Below are positions 14,114 through 27,989 of a DNA stretch of 64,000 nucleotides, piece by piece. The DNA lies in assembly GCA_964016885.1 (NCBI GenBank), contig OZ024743.1, positions 62,062,001 through 62,126,000 on the forward strand, given 5' to 3'. The stretch is from Eledone cirrhosa. Lineage: Eukaryota. The notes beneath the pieces are model-generated. The model saw only the letters and a list, made by a program, of their open reading frames with translations, made no database searches and had not been told where the DNA came from. The position numbers were made by a program, and so were the translations under genes. Each line of letters starts with the position of its first letter. Position 1 is the first letter of the stretch.

Positions 14114-14406
14114 ATATATTTATATATATATATATATAAAACCAAAGATTATTGTAAAATTGTATTCATTGATTAATCAACGAACCATACTAATCTTTTT
14201 GAATAATATTATTTTGAATAATATTAAAAACTCCAGGAAAACTTTTGTCTGTTGAGTGCTTCTAATCTATTGTAAAATTGTATTCATTGAGTAATCAACG
14301 AACCATACTAGATTAGAAACACTCAACAGAAAAAGTTTTCCTGGAGTTTTTAATATTATTCAGAATATTAACAAATGAAAAATATTTTCATAATCAAAAT
14401 ATATAC

Positions 14407-14466
14407 TTTATTATATATATTTCAGAGGTACTGTGTTGTCTTTTCAGTACGTCCTCATCAGACAAA
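14407..14466 (-). ncRNA. Type I hammerhead ribozyme (inverted copy, C.C subfamily)
   Basis: Reverse complement of 14542-14601 with one loop change. Confidence 0.78.
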
Positions 14467-14541
14467 TATATGATGAAATAAATCACTGCCAATACTTGAA
14501 TAATCAAGACCGTAGCGGTATGTCATATATCAAATCATATA

Positions 14542-14601
14542 TTTGTCTGATGAGGACGTACTGAAAAAACAACACAGTACCTCTGAAATATATATAATAA
14601 A
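14542..14601 (+). ncRNA. Type I hammerhead ribozyme (C.C subfamily)
   Basis: TTTGT-CTGATGA-GGA C GTACTG..CAGTAC C TCT-GAAA TATATATA-ATAAA. Confidence 0.8.
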
Positions 14602-14649
14602 GTATATATTTTGATTATGAGAATATTTTTCATTTGTTAATATTTTGAA

Positions 14650-14711
<62 letters not shown>

Positions 14712-14717
<6 letters not shown>

Positions 14718-15056
14718 ATGTTGAAAAGGTAACACACTAGAGAGAGATAGTGCGCCATCACCAAATTATTGGCGAAACATTTGGATTGGATTTGTACGTG
14801 TGTGTTATATAGTTATAGAGGTTTGTATATTCACTTTAATTTATATTTTTAATTACCGTGTGTCTACCCTGCCTTTCATAGGTTATAGATTCCATACACT
14901 GGTGGTTTTTCCCTGTTTGACTGATAACGCACTATCTCTCTCTAGTGTGTTACCTTTTCAACATATTGTATTTTAAAGAGCTCAGAATTCCTTCTCCTTT
15001 GAGCACATTATTGACAGGGAATAGCGAGAGTCTATGGCTCCGTTATTTTATCGTGA
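14712..15056. repeat. Inverted-repeat module in (TA)n
   Basis: 14712-14753 is the reverse complement of 14928-14970. Confidence 0.75.
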
Positions 15057-15059
15057 TAT

Positions 15060-15096
<37 letters not shown>

Positions 15097-15155
15097 ATAA
15101 AATAATTAAGTCAAATATGTAAAATTTGGCTTCGTTTATTATAAATTAAAGATAT

Positions 15156-15210
15156 ACTGCTATATATATTTCGATGACAGCCATCATTGGCTGTGACCTC
15201 TTCAGACAGC
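15156..15210 (-). ncRNA. Type I hammerhead ribozyme (C.C subfamily)
   Basis: Minus strand: GCTGT-CTGAAGA-GGT C ACAGCCA atga TGGCTGT C ATC-GAAA TATATATA-GCAGT. Confidence 0.82.
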
Positions 15211-15268
15211 CCGAATTGGTGTGGGAAAGACAGGTACACATGTTGTTGAAGTGTGTTTTACTCCGTCA

Positions 15269-15334
<66 letters not shown>

Positions 15335-15356
15335 GTGTGTTTATATATATACATAT

Positions 15357-15413
<57 letters not shown>

Positions 15414-15649
15414 TGTGTGTGTGTATGCATGAGTATGCATGAGTATATAATAAATGCGTTAATGTATAATAAACATACATGTAGTTCCGGTTTGAGTACC
15501 TTAGGCTGTCGCTATATTACAACTAACCCACCATTCGTGTAAGAGCGCTGTGCACGTATTTCAGGACATATAAATCAATCATCATCAGTTACATACAACC
15601 GAACACTGAGGTAGGAAAAACATATCTGCTCATAGATTTTGTAAAGATT

Positions 15650-16092
15650 CGGTATTCGTACCAACCCTTACCTATGGGTAATGACCGAAAGAATACGATC
15701 GTGAATACAAGCGGCCGAAATGGGATTCCTCCAAAGGGTCTTTGGAGTTACGTTACTCGATAGAGTGCTTAGCTCGGAGATCAGAGAGTCACTCCAGGTA
15801 GAGCCGCTACTTCTCCAAATTAAAGGATTACAGCTCCGATACTATGGAAATATGATTAGAATGTCTCAGGAAAGCATCACTGGACAGATTTTACGCGCAA
15901 ACCAACTGGCAGGAGACCCAGGGGTAGATCCAGCACAAGATGGTTGGATAAAATCCATGATCTTGGCTGGTCTTGCTTGGGGATCTAACAGGATCAGTTG
16001 GAGACGGTTGCTTCTGACAGGACCTACTGGAAGGAGTGTTTAAGGACTCTGCTCCCACGGCCCTCTCAGGAATACCTGGGCGAAGAAGAAGA
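15650..16092 (+). mobile_element. RTE-clade LINE 3' fragment with (GAA) tail
   Basis: PTLTYG...IQAAEMGFLQRVFGVTLLDRVLSSEIRESLQVEPLLL..QLRYYG. Homologous to 63405-63835. Confidence 0.85.
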
Positions 16093-17134
16093 TATGTATA
16101 TTTGTTTATATTATATTTACCATATAGTACAAGCTTGTCGCGCTAGTGTTAATTAATGATAGCACTAATACAGCACAAATAATAAAGACGCTTAGTTGAT
16201 CGAATAACTCAGTTCATCGCCGACACCGACAGCAGATTCATCATGAAGGTCATTTTTACTTCATAAATAGATAATATAATTACAATACCAGACCTTGCAT
16301 GCTCACTATCACCAGCACACATTTAATTATACAGAACATGCATTCATATCTTCAACAACAAAAAACTAATCTAGAAATCAATTCATTTCTTAATTTCCTA
16401 ACAATGAACATCTTTGATATAGTTTAGACTAATTTCTTTCCTTATCCTATAATATAATGAATATATTTTTAGATTCTGTTATGCTTCATTTTCAGAAATA
16501 AGCAATGTAATTATTAGCGGCCCGCTGCCTACTCGGCCGCTGTCTCAGTTATGTGTGTACATGAATACTTCCTTTGGTAGTTCCTATTCTAAAGATAGGA
16601 ACGTTCAAGCTTTGAAATTTCGCAACTTACGTTGCCAATTTCCAATCAGGTCTACAACTATACATGTATGAATAATTGAATCATAACAAAGGGAAGCTTT
16701 ATCGTAACAAGAATTTCTAGCGGTTATAGAAACCCTTGTTGTTGAGGGAATATTTCGCTTTGGCTATATACATGCTCTTTTATGACAATGGCTTTTATGA
16801 CATTCTTGTCCTGTATTCGCCATAACTAACCATGTAATTATTTTCTTCTAGTTTATGGATTAAAAGCTAAAACAATGCAAAAGAAAGTCCCGAAGGTCAA
16901 TCGAGCCGGTCTGCCGCGGCAAGGCGTAATACAAGGCGTAATACAAGCGATCGTAATACAAGGCGGTGAATAGGGGAAATATTTAGAGTATCAGAGAAAA
17001 TGTGAGTTAAATCCCGCTGAGCTCAGCTTTGTCGTTTATCCTTCCGGAATTGATAGAGTTAAATTTTAAGTTAAATTTTAAGTCATGCTTTTATGTATTC
17101 TTGTCATGTTATGAAGGTCTAACTAGAGCCATAA

Positions 17135-17226
<92 letters not shown>

Positions 17227-17455
17227 GTGGTTATAACAGAATTTGAGAGGAAGTAAATTACTTGTATATCATGTATAACATGTTATACAACCAGTTTACA
17301 TCTTACACAACTTGTATGAAACAAGTTTTGAAGTGACAACTACTTCAGTTCACTGCTTGACAATGTATATTTTACTCACCTTTGCACGTGTGTATGTCTA
17401 TGAATATATCTATGCAACTATGTATGTATGCATAAGTATGTATATATATATATGC

Positions 17456-17486
<31 letters not shown>

Positions 17487-18009
17487 TGCGCGTGCGTGTG
17501 TGTTTTTGTGTGTGTAGTAGCAGTGTTTGCACAAGTTGTTAATGTAAATAATAAAAATGTAGAGTCAGAAATGTAGCAACAGTAGATATAATGAAACTAT
17601 ATTCTAGTAAATGTTAAAAGTAAAGGACCCTTAATTCCTGGTAAAGTCGGCGGTTTGGCGTCCTTACACAGTGTCTAGGGCATCTTAATCTTGGCAGATC
17701 CCATCCTTCTCCATGTCGAAACACAGCCGCTTTCTTCCAGAGAAGGACAAAGAATGAGGAGAGAGAGAGGGGAAGAATCAAACCCAGTACTGGACTGATA
17801 CTAAACTTATCGACATCGAAAGAAAAATGGTAAAATTGATTCCAGCGGGAGTTGAACTCAAAGCACAGAGAGCCCGAACGAATAACGCAAATCATTTTAC
17901 CCGATGTTTTGCCGCATACATACATACATACACACATACATACGTACATACATACATACATACATACATACATACATACATACATACATACATACATACA
18001 TACATACAT

Positions 18010-18456
18010 AAAACTGCCACCAAATTAAAGCACAACCGGCCTGATATTGTAGTTTGGGACCACACATTGAAAACGTGTTTTGTTGTGGAGATCAGCTGCC
18101 TACTTGTTGTAAACGTTGTCAGAAAAATACAGGAGAAGGAGGACATCTACGGACCATTGATGAGGAGTTTACAAATCCAGTATCCAAGATACACCTTTAG
18201 CTTCATACCCATCATTATTGGTGCTACGGGTTATATACCAACCCGCTTGGACCAAAGTATGACTGAACTTGGATTTGCGGACAAAAAGCGCAGCTCCCTA
18301 ATTCATAGTCTGCAAATGGCTGCTATAGCTGGCACCTTCAAAATTTGCAAAACATTCTTGCAATTCAAGGGATGACAATTTCTTTTCTTTTACAACCTTG
18401 CCACCAGGAAGGTGGCCGGTCAAAAAAATATACTCGAAATTAAGAGAAAGAGAAAA
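18010..18456 (+). mobile_element. 5'-truncated R4/Dong-like element (second family), RLE domain, flanked by (TACA)n
   Basis: KHNRPDIVVWD..CFVVEISC..KIQEKEDIY..FIPIIIGATG..GTFKICKTF. Confidence 0.88.
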
Positions 18457-18519
18457 CATACATACATACATACATACATACATACATACATACATACATA
18501 CATACATACATACATACAT

Positions 18520-19092
18520 AATGGCTGCATCGCGGTTTCGAGAATTGCCTTCCCTTGATGTTTTTCTCATAGATGGGCGTCACGAACATGAAATCATTAG
18601 CCCTGCCAAGAATTTACATTCCTTTCTGCATAAGCTGCAACAATAGAAGAGGCCATTCTCATGTAACACATGTGAAAACTGTTTAGATCAAGTGATGTTT
18701 GTGATTTTAGTTTTTTTTTTAAGTGAAGAAGGGCCTTGCACTGGACCAATTCCACTCTCTGAACAACACTGAAAAGTATCCAATACAAAGAACAGGTCAA
18801 TATCATTGGCTGCCATCGAATCGCGGATTTTAAATCAGAGTTTTCCTTCTCTTAGAATTCTGCCTTGACAAAGGCTAAGGGGTCATCTCTCCCGGTGATT
18901 TTGGATGGCCATTGACTCTTAAGAGCTCATTTGCCCTTTGACACGTTTTGTTTTTAGTCCTGCAGGATGTCCAAAGTCACCCTCCTCACCAAGAAACCTT
19001 GGTGGGGTTGCCAGTTTAGTCGCCAACGACCCGACCATAAGACAGGTTGTACTGGGATACATGTTACAAGTAGCACCAACTGGTGACCTGAC
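18520..19092 (-). mobile_element. RTE-derived non-autonomous unit bounded by (CATA)n
   Basis: 18835-19092 is nearly identical to the 5' part of the units at 9297-9536 and 9700-9790. Confidence 0.7.
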
Positions 19093-19615
19093 ATACATAC
19101 ATACATACATACATACATACATACATACATACATACATACATACATACATACATACATACATACATACATACATAACGCATACATACATAGTGCATACAT
19201 ACAAAAAGGACAGAACGTGTTTGTAAAACAGAAAGAATAAACTTCACTAGTCATTAAAGAAATTACATTTCTAAAGTATTCAGTCTCCAGTAGAAGTGAC
19301 TACACTGGTGTCGGGATTATGTAATTAATATGTATTTGGATGAACCCCGCCCCCTGCAAAAGTAGTCACACTGGTGTCTGAATGATGTAATTAATACATA
19401 TTACGATGAGCCCCCATTTCCTCGTATCTAGACATTAAACATAATAGGCATCCCAAACATCTGTCAACATGGATAAATTAATTTATCAAAATGTATTTAC
19501 CTAACGACATTCTCGGCAGACACATGCTAGTATTTAATGATAATTTACGATGTCTGTCGAAAACGTATCCGACCTTAGGTTGGGAAAATAATTATTGGTG
19601 GGTTTAGTTGCTAAC

Positions 19616-20025
19616 CCCCTTTGAAGTAGATCCCTTCTGCTCCCTCACACTTAGCCCAGTGATCCTTCTACTGTTAGAAGTACGACGGGAACGCTTCTTC
19701 CAGAATAGCTCTTAGTTCCGCCGTCGCTGTCACCATGATGTCCCATCGGTTCTCAAAGCGGGAGCGTTTCAGTATCATCTTCATTTTAGGAAATAAAAAG
19801 CCTAACGAATAAGCGAAATGCCTTTCATCGCCAAGAAACCTTGGGTCAGCTGTGACGAATGAGCCGAGGCTTTATCATGGTGCAGCTTCCTGTTTTGCAA
19901 GTTCCACACATCCGGTCTCTTGCGCCGAACTGCATCACGAAAACGTAGATAGACTTTCTGATCGTACACCCTTGTAACTATTTGTGCTTCTGGTGCTTCT
20001 TCGTGATACCCACCTTCTCGATAAT
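19616..20025 (-). pseudogene. Mariner transposase fragment
   Basis: LRFRDAVRRKRPDVW...LHHDKASAHSS..FLA, and a C-terminal EGIYFKG (compare EGDYFEG). Confidence 0.8.
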
Positions 20026-22369
20026 TGATGAATACAGTCACCATCCGTTTAATTTTACTCCGGGAGTAAATTGATTAATAATTGAAGCATGATGACAAGT
20101 CGGTGACCGTTAATTACACCCAAGGCTAGAAATTTAAAAGAGAACTGAATAATCAGTTGTAAAATTCATAGAGTTTTACCTCTTAAATTTCTGCTGTAAT
20201 TTAGAAGAAAATATCTTTAAAAAGGTGTGCTGTTGCTAATTCAAATGTTTATAGTACCTTTACCCTGGGATACATCACTGTGAAAATTTGTAGTATTAAA
20301 GACTTTAATTTTTCATGTGATGCAGTTATAATTCTGTTGTGAACTTTTCACGAATGTCTAGCTAATGCTGTTTTATGTGGTATAGGATGTTAGTATAGTT
20401 GGCGAATTGGCAGAGTTGTTAAAACGTCAGATAAAAATGTTTCACGGTATTTGTCCTGGCTCTCTGTTCATAACCCCTCCAAGGTCAACTTTGCCTTTCA
20501 ACATTGCGAAGTTGATAAAGTACCAGTCCTGTATTGAGGTAGATTCTTCCTCTATATCTCCACTTACCCTTTCTCTCTTTCCCATTTCCCCTTTCTCTCT
20601 TTCCTACTTCCTCTTTCTCTTTCCTACTTCCTCTATATCTCTTTCTCACTTCCCCTTTCTTTTTATTTCTCTCTTTCTCTGGAAGAAATTGTCTGTGTTC
20701 AACCCTGGAGTGGATGGGTCTCGCTGTGTTTAAATGCCATGTGTCAAGCGGTGACCCTATGACTCAGTAGGGAATTAAGGGGCCATGGCATGACATCATG
20801 TTAATAGTTAAAGAGTACCGTTGGTGTAAATGAAGGGAATTAACTTCAAGTGGAATCGAAAGCGGTTCGTGATATAGAACTTAGCTACTGTAGTCTAATG
20901 ATCCTAGCCAATGTTGGAATATGCAGAGGAATCTAAGTTAATAGTTCTATTTCTTAGTGTTCTCTGTTATTTCTTGTTTAGGAATTTTAAGCTTTTTTTT
21001 TTTTTTTTTTTTTTTTTTGCATTTTTTTTCATAAAAATGTCTTGACAGCTGATAGTGCTGGACTAAAGATCATGACCAGAAGAATGAAAATAGCGGACAT
21101 TCGCACGCGAAACTTAATTTAAATTCCAGTTCCGTATCTGATAGAGAAAGATACAAAAATACACCTTTTTTTTTACCCTATATGCTCAATTGTTTCTGTA
21201 ATTAAACATTTCCTTTTTTTTTATTTCTTACTTCATATCCTACTTACAAAGTCAGCAATATCAGGTTACTATTCCTTCTATTACTCAGATTAAATGAATA
21301 TTTTTTTATATAACTTTATATTACAATTGGTTAACAAAAGTGTCATCGGTTACAGTTTTCCGACATGCCAATCACTCAGGTTCATGAATTGTTTGAAGAG
21401 GAGAGTGATAAAAAGTTTATGTAATTCAATGCAGAAAAAATATCTTTCTGGACTTCTTTTGTAAATCTCCGTTTATTTGTTTCAGTTTTCTCATCGTTGT
21501 TTAAATCTCCTGCCGATTCCTAAAACAAGGGAAAAATAAAGGGGAGAAATGGGATTATACTGGTTAAAGCTAGATTATTTCTAGAACCAAACATATTTGT
21601 ACAAAATTATCGTTAAAACGTTCCTCTTTAAAGGAGTTTATATGGTTATAAAAGTGAAGCTTGAATTTGTTCTCAGTCTATCCTGTATGAGTTTTAATAC
21701 AGTGACGCCTGTGTATGCCTTAATGTAATAAACCAATGATTTAGAACGAAATTACCGGTAAAAAGCTGGTTTCCCGGAGCCAAACAATTAGAGGTAATAG
21801 AAGTTGTGATATCATTGATGTTGGAAAGCTATATTGCATTAAAATAGTTTCAAACTAGTTGCTGAAGCAAATAAAATTCATACAACCAACATAGCTAAAG
21901 GTTATGTAGTATATATGGTTTAGCGAAAAGTGAAAAAAATTAAATACCGCGCAATAAGTATGTCCACGAATAGTAACGATCTTCTGTGATATTTTAGTAA
22001 TATAGATTTAAGAATTACGGTTAATACCAATAATTATTTTTTAGATATTACTTAAACGAAAACAAATTAGACCCTTACTTATTGAGAAATTATTTTATAT
22101 TAATAAGAATTTCATCACCCACCCATTATTCAACAAAATTTATTTTCATGTATTAATAAGTGTATACTCAGATGAAGACTCGTTGATTAGTTTATATTAT
22201 AATTATAATGCGAGAAAAGCTTTACAGATAGAATTCAATATACAAGCTCCTCCAATAGACATAAAAATGGTATGTGGTATAATTCGTTTACAAATTAAAT
22301 TTTTTTAAATATATCGCTAAACAATTCTTGAATTACATTTTTCATTTCTGCCAAACTATAGATATAACT

Positions 22370-22478
22370 GTTTCTACTTTAGGCACAAGGCCAGCAATTA
22401 TCCAGTGTATTACTGGTACTTTATTTTATCGACCCCGTAAGGATGAAAGGCAAAGTCAACCTCGGCGGGATTTCAAAT
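22370..22478 (-). mobile_element. Octopus-type SINE fragment
   Basis: Reverse complement of the core at 11650-11760. Confidence 0.8.
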
Positions 22479-22699
22479 TATAGATATAACAAGTCAAAGT
22501 TAACTAATCCTGATTTAACAATTTCGCTTCCCCCATTAACCACATCAATGCACTAAGGCTTTCCAACAACAACAGACCCGCATCAACATCTTATTTCCAA
22601 TTGTATCATTCCTGCCAAATGCCTTCTTAACGGTCTTTGCCTTTTGAATCGTAATGGTATTGTGACGAAGGCTGATTAAGTTAAATATCTCTGGAAAAT

Positions 22700-23340
22700 A
22701 CATGTATGATCAGCAGCTGTTTCAAAATGCCATGAAGATATTACCTTCCAATGCGGCATGACGTTGTTACAAAAACAATATACAATACTAGGAAAGACTG
22801 CCCTGGGATAAATAAAAAAAATATTTATGATGTTGAGTACATTCAAGCGTTTTAAAACAAGAAATATTATAGTAGCATTCCCATAAAATCTTTAATTAAT
22901 GCAAACTAAATATGCCTTATATAGTTGTTTGGGACATAAAACAAAAATTATGTACTATTATAGAGGTCAGCTGCCCTGCAGATGTGAACATGTCTGTCAA
23001 AATCAGTGAGAAGGAGAATATTTACAGACAAATTCTTCTAAAATTACATTTACGTTTGTGTTCATAATCAGCGGTAGCCATATTACTTAGCCATATTTCA
23101 AAGTGGCTTAAGCAGTCAACTCGAATTTTCAAACAAAAGATGTGACAAGCTATCGGAAACTTTGCAAATACACATCTGTATGAGGAACAGTGAAAATATG
23201 AAATATTTTTCTCTAATTTAACATGTCACCCTATACCGTTGTTATCTACAACCGATGATGGAAATTTGTTTCTTTGTTAGAAACCAACTCCTTCTTTATG
23301 GGACAAATTATAATAATTATAAAAGAATGGCAACATACAC
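22700..23340 (+). mobile_element. Decayed R4/Dong-like 3' end (third family)
   Basis: MRHDVVTKTIYN at 22751 and IIEVSCPADVNMSVKISEKENIY at about 22957. The 3'UTR ends TAATTATAAAAGAATG(G/A)CAACATACA, duplicated. Confidence 0.75.
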
Positions 23341-23379
23341 ACACAATTCTAATAATTATAAAAGAATGACAACATACAG

Positions 23380-24297
<918 letters not shown>

Positions 24298-24315
24298 TTC
24301 TGAAGTGGTATTTAA

Positions 24316-24369
<54 letters not shown>

Positions 24370-24449
24370 TTCTTTATTTGCCACAAGGGCGCACAAAGAA
24401 AGGGGACAATACAAAGACATGCCGGGGATTTTACATACAGTCGTGTAAA

Positions 24450-27400
24450 AAATATAAAAACAAACAATTACAACAATCGATATCCCCAATAGTGAGGAAG
24501 CGTCACATTGTTTAATACCCCGTCGATAGAACAACCCTCAGCTCCAGGAGCGTGTTGTGCAAGTGCTCCTTTCTTCCTTTTGCTCTCTTCTTCAATCTAC
24601 AGGCTTATAAACAGAGAAGGCCCAATCACTCGGGCCATTTTCGCTTCATTCACGCACCTTTCAGTAAATTTACTGGGGTGCAGTGCCTCTCTCTCCACTC
24701 TGATTCTCCTTCTAAAGTGATACTTAAAGAAAGGAATCAATTGTTGTCCGGAGAGAAAGGCATCTGTGCTCAGTCTTCTCAATCTCGTCCACCATATAAC
24801 TTATTTCACCATAGCCACCGTACAGAGGAAAACCGCCTCTCTTTCGTTTTTGAAAGAGGCTGGCGGTTTGATTCTTACTAGGGATTCGGCAGTCCACTGG
24901 ATTTATCCCATACGCGACAGCAGTTGTTCTGCAAAGTTCCACAGGTCGGTTACACCCGGGCAGTGTACAATTGCGTGCAGAACTGTTTCAATGTCCTGCG
25001 CACATCTTGGACACCTCTTCTTGGAAGGATCCCTGTCGGGGCGTCCGTGCCTGTAGATCTTGTCACGAACCGGTAGAGCTCCTCGATAGCACTGCCAGGC
25101 CAGGGACCTCTGGAAGTTGTCCATAGGTCCCGGGCGGAGAGTCCTACCAAACAGACTGGTGAGCTCATCGTCTTCGACGCCCAGAGTCTCTCCGAGCACG
25201 TCGTCGCCCTTGTAACGTACAATCTCTCTATAGAATGTCGAAGTGGAGTCTCCACTGATTGCTGCGCCCGCTTGCCAGAGAACTGTGAGCGCCTGAGCGC
25301 ATTCAATGTGCCAGCCGCCCATCGTTTTCGGTCTTTTCTTGACCCAGGACTGCAGCTCCGTCAGCGAGACGAGCTGTGGGAAAGCCTGTCTCATAAACGG
25401 TGCCCACACCGGTTGGGGGTCGGTGAGGAATACCTGGAGATGCCACAGCCTCAGCGTATGTTTGCGCATCATCAGCCACGGCATTCCCAGCCCTCCGTTG
25501 GAAGGGTGCTGACAGCAGACGGATCTCCTCACCAGCGGAGCCTGCCTCTTCCACAGAAACTGAAAGAGCATGCGTTCCATCTTGGCGAGGTGTTCACGAC
25601 GACAAGGCACGACAGTCAAGCGGTAGTAGATGACGGACGCTATGAAAGTGTTCGCCACCTCCGCTCGACCTTTCAAGGACAGTTTGCACTTCCCACTTCT
25701 GGGTGAGTGCAAACACCTTGGCCGTGACTTCATTCCAGTTTTTCTACATCTGGAGGTCTGGACCGAATCAGACCCCGAGCAATTTCATCGGTCTGTCAAA
25801 CGACGCTGTCGGACGTCATCGGTTTGCCTCTCCACGTACCGAGTTGCAAACCGACAGACTCGTCCGGGTTTAGTTTTGCTCCCGTCAGCGTTTCGTATTC
25901 TTTCAGTAAGTTGCCGATGACCCCGATTTCCGAGGTGCTCGACACCATTACCGTCACGTCGTCAGCATAAGCCGACGCCGCTTTGCGCAGTCCCGGTTCT
26001 AGAGGGATGCCCTGCAACAGCTCCAATTTCCGCAGTAGTGGCTCTAGAGTCAATACATACAGAATGGAGGAGAGAGGGTACCCCTGTAGAATGGAACGCG
26101 TGATTGCAAACGGCTCCGATAGGTAGCCGTTCACCTTGACCCTCGAGCAGATGCTGGTGTGCATCGCCTAGATCCAGCCGCTGAACACGGGACCGAAACC
26201 GGCCGCCTTGAGAGCCGCTTCCAAGTATCGATGGTCGACCCTATCGAATGACTTAGACTGATCCAAATTGATCAGAGCTCCACCGAAGCCGGGTTTACTA
26301 CCCACCCTCTCTATGATGTATCGCATGAGGTGGAGGTTGTCGTGTATGGACCTGGTCGGGATTGCACACGTTTGCGCTTTCCCTACCAGGTTCTCGACGA
26401 CAAGCGCCAACCTCGTCGCTAGCACCTTGGCCAAAATCTTTAACTCTGTGTTGAGCAGAGTTATGGGCCTGAAGTTGTTAATTTCGTCCCCCTTGTTCTC
26501 GTCTTTCCTGATCAGCGTTACTACGCCCTTACCTGCAGAACTGGGAATTCTCCCGTTCTGCTGCCAATTTCAGTAGACGGCTTCGAGGACGCCAGAGAAC
26601 AAGTCTGGCATGCCTATGTAAAACTCATAGGGTAGACCATCTAGACCAGGTGACTTGCGTTTCCCGCAGCGGTCCAGAGCGTCCCGTATCTCGGGAACTC
26701 GGCGTCCGTGTTCGAGAGACGCGGCAGGCCGTCGAGGTGTGAACTAAAGTCCATTGCCCCGATCGGCTCACCGTCGTTCTGCTCAAACAGTCGCGCAAAG
26801 TGTTGCTGGGGTCAAGTAGCACGCGTCCGTTTTGGTCTTTCAAAGACCAAATCGTGGACTTGTTGCCACTTTTCGCCTAAGCCACTCGAGCCCAGCTGAC
26901 AGCTTTCGCTCCTTCGTTTCCTAGAGCACGTGTTTTGCTTCTGACCACGCAACCTTCCTGTTTCGCATCGAAGAACTGGTCCAGTGCCGTTCTCGACGCT
27001 AACACTCTAGCCGCGTTGCCACTTCTAAGTGCCTCCTCTACCTTGGCTACTAGTTCTCTTTCTATTTTGTTTTTCTCTAAGGCTAACTCTCTGCTAAACC
27101 CTATCGATTCTATTCTAATTGCTTTCTTGAGAGAGTACCACCATTTATTGTTGATGATGGCTTCCGTTAGCTGTTGCTTGACTAGTCTAGTTATCCGTTC
27201 ACTGTAAGCTTTACGTGCCGGCAACGACACGTTCAGCTTCCAGTATCCGGGTCCTTGTCTATGTGTTCTATCACGGTTGACTAAGCAGACGACTAATTTG
27301 TGATCTGAATAGGCAACTATGTGCATTCTTGGACAACTTAACATCTCTTTGTCCTTTTCTCTAATGAAGAACCTATCTAAATATGATCTAGATGTCCCGC

Positions 27401-27984
27401 TGCGGTTTGCCCACGTCCACTGTGGTGCAGTCGGGAAATCCAGTCGATACCTATCGGCCAGTTGGAATTGGCCGATTAAAGTTTTGAAGCTGTTGCACCC
27501 GCCTCTACTGGGACATGCTCCCACATAGTCCCATCGTGTATCTAGGATACCATTCCAGTCCCCCACTAAAAGTAAGGAGCGAAACGTTCCCAGAAAAGAC
27601 TCTAGACGCTTAAAGAAGTCTGGCCGTGATTGTGATTGCCCGGTCGGGCATAAACGGCCACCAGTCTGAAGGCTCCACCTCCAATACTGTTCACGTCTAG
27701 GACTACCAGTCTACCCTCCGGGTCCAGGTGTACTTGCTGTACTTCGACGTCCAGGTTCTTCCGAAACATGACAGCCACTCCCTCTACACCTCCTGGCTTA
27801 CAGAGAGATGCGTAGATCTCAAAGTCGTCGAAGATGGGGTTAGTTGCTGCCTGTTGTGGATCCTGGGCTCGGTGATGGCTATCACATCCATACCGTGTGA
27901 CCTAAGGTCGTTTAAAAGTTGGCCCTGTTTCCAGGGCATCCCTAAGCCATGCACATTCACGCTTCCAACTCGTAAACTAGCCAT
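24450..27984 (-). pseudogene. Disrupted ORF2 (APE-RT) of the Tx1-like element
   Basis: Fragments 27984-27784, 27566-26877, 26434-26168, 26164-25796 and 25733-24903. The 3' boundary is approximate. Confidence 0.88.
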
Positions 27985-27989
27985 GTGGG

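Larger units (their letters stand above)
14138..14657. mobile_element. Penelope-like fragment with nested inverted repeats, in (TA)n
   Basis: Inverted arms at about 14352-14474/14534-14656 and 14215-14270/14309-14362. Homologous to 52125-52375. Confidence 0.7.

Noticed and set aside
15545-15596. Minus-strand CTGATGA...GAAATACGTG hammerhead-like string
   Set aside because: Stems I and II do not pair and there is no valid UH; at most a heavily decayed copy.
17614-17745. LWKKAAVFRHGEGWDLP, reminiscent of a Penelope GIY-YIG C-terminus
   Set aside because: Too short and divergent to call without a profile search.
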